Source: Felis catus
Lineage: Eukaryota
DNA: 64,000 nucleotides
Direction of reading: 5' to 3'
Assembly: GCF_018350175.1 (NCBI RefSeq)
Contig: NC_058383.1
Coordinates: 4,838,001-4,902,000 of the forward strand
In this document: piece by piece, positions 59,954 to 64,000 of the stretch
Layout of the letters: each line of letters begins with the position of its first letter
Position numbering within the stretch: position 1 is the stretch's first letter
Made by a program: the position numbers and the translations under genes
The notes under the pieces: model-generated
Told to the model about the DNA's origin: nothing
Seen by the model: only the letters and a program-made list of their open reading frames with translations
Databases searched by the model: none

Positions 59954-61074
59954 TATATTTGGTTATTTTTCAAGGGTGCCTGATCATTTTTGATAGTCTC
60001 TTGCTTCCCATTCATATTTTTTCTTTTATCTATAGAAATGTGTTAAACACATTTAATTTTTATTCTGTGTCTGCTAATTCTAATAACTAAAATGTCTTCA
60101 AGTCTGGTATTGCAGCTTCTTGATTCTGCTATTTCTATCTCACAGTGGCTTTCTCCTTGTGTGTGTTTTTTTGCTGTTTGTTTGCTTTTGAAACATTTTA
60201 TTGAGAACTCTTATCCTTGGAAACTTGTGGAACTCTTTGAAGTGTTTAGGGGTGCCTGGGTGGCTCAGTCAGTTAAGTGTCTGACTTGGGCTCAGGTCAT
60301 GATCCCACGGTTGGTGGGTTCGAGCCCCGCATCAGGTTCTGTGCTGACAGCTCAGAGCCTGGAGCCTGCTTCCGATTCTGTGTCTCCCTCTCTCTCTGCC
60401 CCTCCACTTGTGCTCTGTCTCTCTGTCTCTCTCAAAAATAAAATAAACATTAAAAAAATTCTTTTTTAATCCTTCCAAGCAGTAAGAATGTAAACTGGTA
60501 AGCAGAGGGCTGAGTGTTCTGTATCTCCGCATCACCGTGGAAATTCTCTCCTGGGTGAATAGACTCAAAGATCCAGCTTATGCAATTACGGACACATGAT
60601 TCGTGTTGGTTTTTATGGGAGTCCAGGGAAATAGAATGATCACAATTCCTCTGTACTTCTGTGTGAGACATCACATGTGTCTTTATTATTTTTTTAATTT
60701 TTTGTTTATTTATTTTGGAGAGACAGAGCACGAGTTGGGGAGGAGCAGAGAGACAGGGAGACACAGAATCCCAAGCAGGATCCAGGCCCTGAGCCGTCAG
60801 CACAGCACCCCGCGGGGGCTTGAAATCCAGAACCGTGAGATCATGACCTGAGCTTAACCGACTGAGCCACCCAGGTGCCCCCATCACTTGCATCTTGAGA
60901 TGCATGTTTTATGCATCGCTGCTGTCTTGGTTATCTGTGGCCAGGTAACAAATTACCCCCAAACTCAGCATCCCAAAACAGCAAATATACATTATCTCAC
61001 CGTTTTGGACAGCCAGGAATTTGGGGTTGACTTAGCTGGCTGCCTCTGGCTCAGGAAATATCATGAGTTTGGGT

Positions 61075-61930
61075 AAATAAAAATCTAAAAAAATTAAAAT
61101 TTCCCTGGTGTCAAAAGGGAAAAGACCCTCCTGCACCCCGCCCCCCCCCATACATTTTCTTTCAGCATTTCCTTTAGAAAACCTGTAATCTCAAACCTTT
61201 TCTGACTCTTTCAAATGTATATAAATCATCTTAAAAGTGAAACCAGCCCCTTGCCAGTTGTGGATCCCAGGACAGTCTTTTCCTGGGGGCTGTGGAACCA
61301 TGTCTTTGAAATGTGAACACCAAGGAGGATGGCACCTTGTCTCCCTGTCTCTGTGGGAGTCGAGCTTATGTGCCTGGCTCCATGTTCTAACTTTCCGCTT
61401 GTGGAAAAGATATGACAACTTTTCTTTTTTTTCATTTGGACAAAGACAACCTACATGTGTAAATGGGTTGTATCTACCCGGCTGTACAAAAGGGTGAGGT
61501 TTTTCTGTCTTTGAAATTTCCTAAGCAGATTACCTGTGAGCCACATCACAGTCTGCTTTGATGCTTATTCAATAATAAAACTGCTTCGGGGAGCCCAGGG
61601 TCTCAGTTGGTTAAAAGCGTCAGACTCTTGATTTTGGCTCAGGTTATTATCTCACGGTTTGTGGGATACAGCCTCGCATTGGACTCTGCACTGACCATGC
61701 TGAGCCTGCTTGGGATTCTCTCTCTCTCCCTCTCTCTCTGCCCTCCCTCCAGCACGTTCTCTCTCCCAATCTCTCTCTCTCTCTCTCTCCCTCTCTTTCT
61801 CAAAAAAAAAAAAAAATAACATAAAATAAAAACCATAAAAACTGAGTGTAAGAAGAGAACTGCTTCACTCTCCCCTACGTTTTGAGCAGAGGTTTTACTG
61901 GGTTGGCAGGAGATTTTATTTTGAATTCCA
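61075..61930 (+). mobile_element. Probable ERV LTR, itself SINE-interrupted, nested in an MLT1 element
   Basis: LTR-like text with caataataaaactg, a SINE at about 61588-61830, and MLT1-like flanks at 60925-61070 and 61940-62230. Confidence 0.5.
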
Positions 61931-63019
61931 TCTCCCCGGCAGTTGCAGTTAAGATACATCAGCTGAGGTTGCATTCATCCGAAAGCTGGGCAGGGGCTGG
62001 GATGCTGCTTCCCTGATAGTCCCGCTCATAAGGCTGTTGGCAGAAGGCCCCATGTCCTTGCTGGCTGTTCGTAGGAAGACTCAGTTTCTTACCAGGTGAC
62101 CCTCTCCATAAGAGCAACTTTGATGTCCTTGTTAACAGCTGGCTTCTCCCAGAGTGAGTGATCTGAGAGAATAAGGAGGATAAAAGAATACCTTTAGGAC
62201 CTAGTCTTGGAAGGGAAATGACATCATTGCTGCCATATTGTTTTTTAAGCTTTAATGTTTTATTTATTTTGGGGGAGGGAGGGGCAGAGAGAGAGGGAGG
62301 GAGACACAGACTCCGAAGCAGGCTCCAGGCTCTGAGGGGTCAGCACATAGCCTGACGCGGGGCTCGAACCCACAAACCATGAGATTATGACCTGAGTGGA
62401 AATCAAACGCTCACCCAACTGAACCACCCAGGTGCCCTACTTCTGCTATATTCTATTTATTGGTGGAAACAAGTCACTAAATCCAGTCCACATTCAAGGG
62501 AAGAGGGATTAAGCCCCTCTCTTTAAAAAAAAAAAAAAAAAAAAAGTTTGTTTTGAGAGAAAGTGCATGTGGGAAGGGACAAAGAGAGAGATATCTTAAA
62601 CCAAAGTCAGATGCTTAACCGACTGAGCCACCCAAGTGCCCCTTAAGTCCCCCTCTTAAGGGAAGGATCAAGTAATTTATGGACATATTTCAAAATCATG
62701 AAATATAACAAGACATGCCAACAAGCTGGTGAATTAGTGTCACCAATTCAAAAAGTCTCATGTAAATCTCTGCACAAGAAAACTAGAATTGTCCTGAAAT
62801 CTTGCAGCTTTTATATGAAGTAACTTGAGGTTTTCCCAAATGTGACAACAGTCCTACAAATTTCCATGGTGTAACTGATGACAACTTGGGAAGATGAAAG
62901 AAACATTTCCAAGCTAGCATTTGAACTATTTCTGATGGATTGAACTATTTTTCAATCAATCATGCTGGAGAAAAGGTCATTTGTCTGTTCTCTCTATAGA
63001 GAATATTTTGAAATTATTG

Positions 63020-63560
63020 TAGGACTTGGCGTGGGAGAAATGGGCATAAGTGGTCAAAGGTACAAATTGCTAAGAATAAAATAAGTAAGTTCTGGGAATG
63101 ATATTTAAAGCATGTTGACTATAGTTAACAATACTGTATTATATTTTTTCAAGTTGCTTATAGTAGATCTTAAAAGTTCTCATCATAAGGGGTACCTGGG
63201 TGGCTCAGTCAGTTTAGCCTCCAACTCCTATTTTCAGCTCAGGTAATGATCTCAAGGTCCATGAGTTTGAGTCCCAAGTCGGGTTCTGCATGGATGGTGT
63301 GGAGCCTACTTGGGATTCTCTGTTTCCCTCTCTCTCTCTCCCCCTCCCCCACTTTCTCTCTCTCCCTCTCTCAAAAATAATAAATACACTAAAAAAAAGT
63401 CCTCACCATGAGAAGAAAATTGTAACTCTGTGTGGTTATGGATGTTAACTAGATTTATTGTGGTGATCATTTCATAATGTATATGAATATTGAATCATTG
63501 TTATACACCTAAAACTAATATAATGTTATGTCAATTATATCTTATACAAAAATAGAAAAA
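63020..63560 (+). mobile_element. L1 (L1MA-like) 3' end with inserted SINE
   Basis: tggtcaaaggtacaaa...gttaacaatactgtatt...gtagatcttaaaagttctcatca...tgtggtgatcatttc...gtcaattatatct. Confidence 0.8.
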
Positions 63561-64000
63561 ATCACAGTGTTCTGCACTATTAAAGTTTTTTGTAATTTAA
63601 AAAAAATTTTTTTATGTTTATTTTTGAGAGAGAGAGAGAGAGAGACAGAGCATGAGCGGGGGAGGGGCAGAGAGCGAGGGAGACACAGAATCCGAAACAG
63701 GCTCCAGGCTCTGAGCTGTCAGCACAGAGCCCAACACGGGCTTGAACTCACAGACTGTGAGATCATGACCTGAGCCAAAGTCAGACGCTCAACTCACTGA
63801 GCCACCCAGGCGCCCCTTTTTAAAAATTTTTTTAATGTTTATTTATTTTTGAGACAGAGAGACAGAGCATGAGCAGGCGAGGGGCAGAGAGAGAGGGAGA
63901 GAGAGAATTCCAAGCAGGCTCTGCATAGAGCCCGACTCGGGGCTCGATCCAGGAACCGTGAGATCATGACCTGTGCCAAAATCAAGAGTTGGATGCTTAA

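Overview
Mammalian genomic DNA, almost certainly a felid, judged from the dense feliform Can-SINEs. The window holds the complete GRID2IP (Delphilin) gene on the + strand. I resolved 22 coding exons from 14045 to 46583 with consistent splice phases, giving a 3639-nt CDS and 1212 aa: PDZ1, harmonin-N-like, PDZ2, harmonin-N-like, FH1 poly-Pro and FH2. A 14-nt alternative first coding exon at 23387-23400 gives the short palmitoylated isoform ([13 protein letters not shown]...). Intron 20 (45510-46117) is a minor-spliceosome (U12) GT-AG intron, bracketed by in-frame U2-type sites in a possible twintron arrangement. Two introns are stop-free multiples of 3. Much of the remaining sequence is SINE, L1, MaLR/LTR and MER repeats. 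The non-repeat blocks of the 5' 28 kb, and a cluster at 53.5-57 kb, carry minus-strand exon-like segments (splice sites, phase-compatible joins, reading frames broken by a few stops). These may be unannotated antisense transcripts or decayed unitary pseudogenes; this is a hypothesis I cannot confirm without searches. Repeat family names and repeat boundaries are by eye and approximate.
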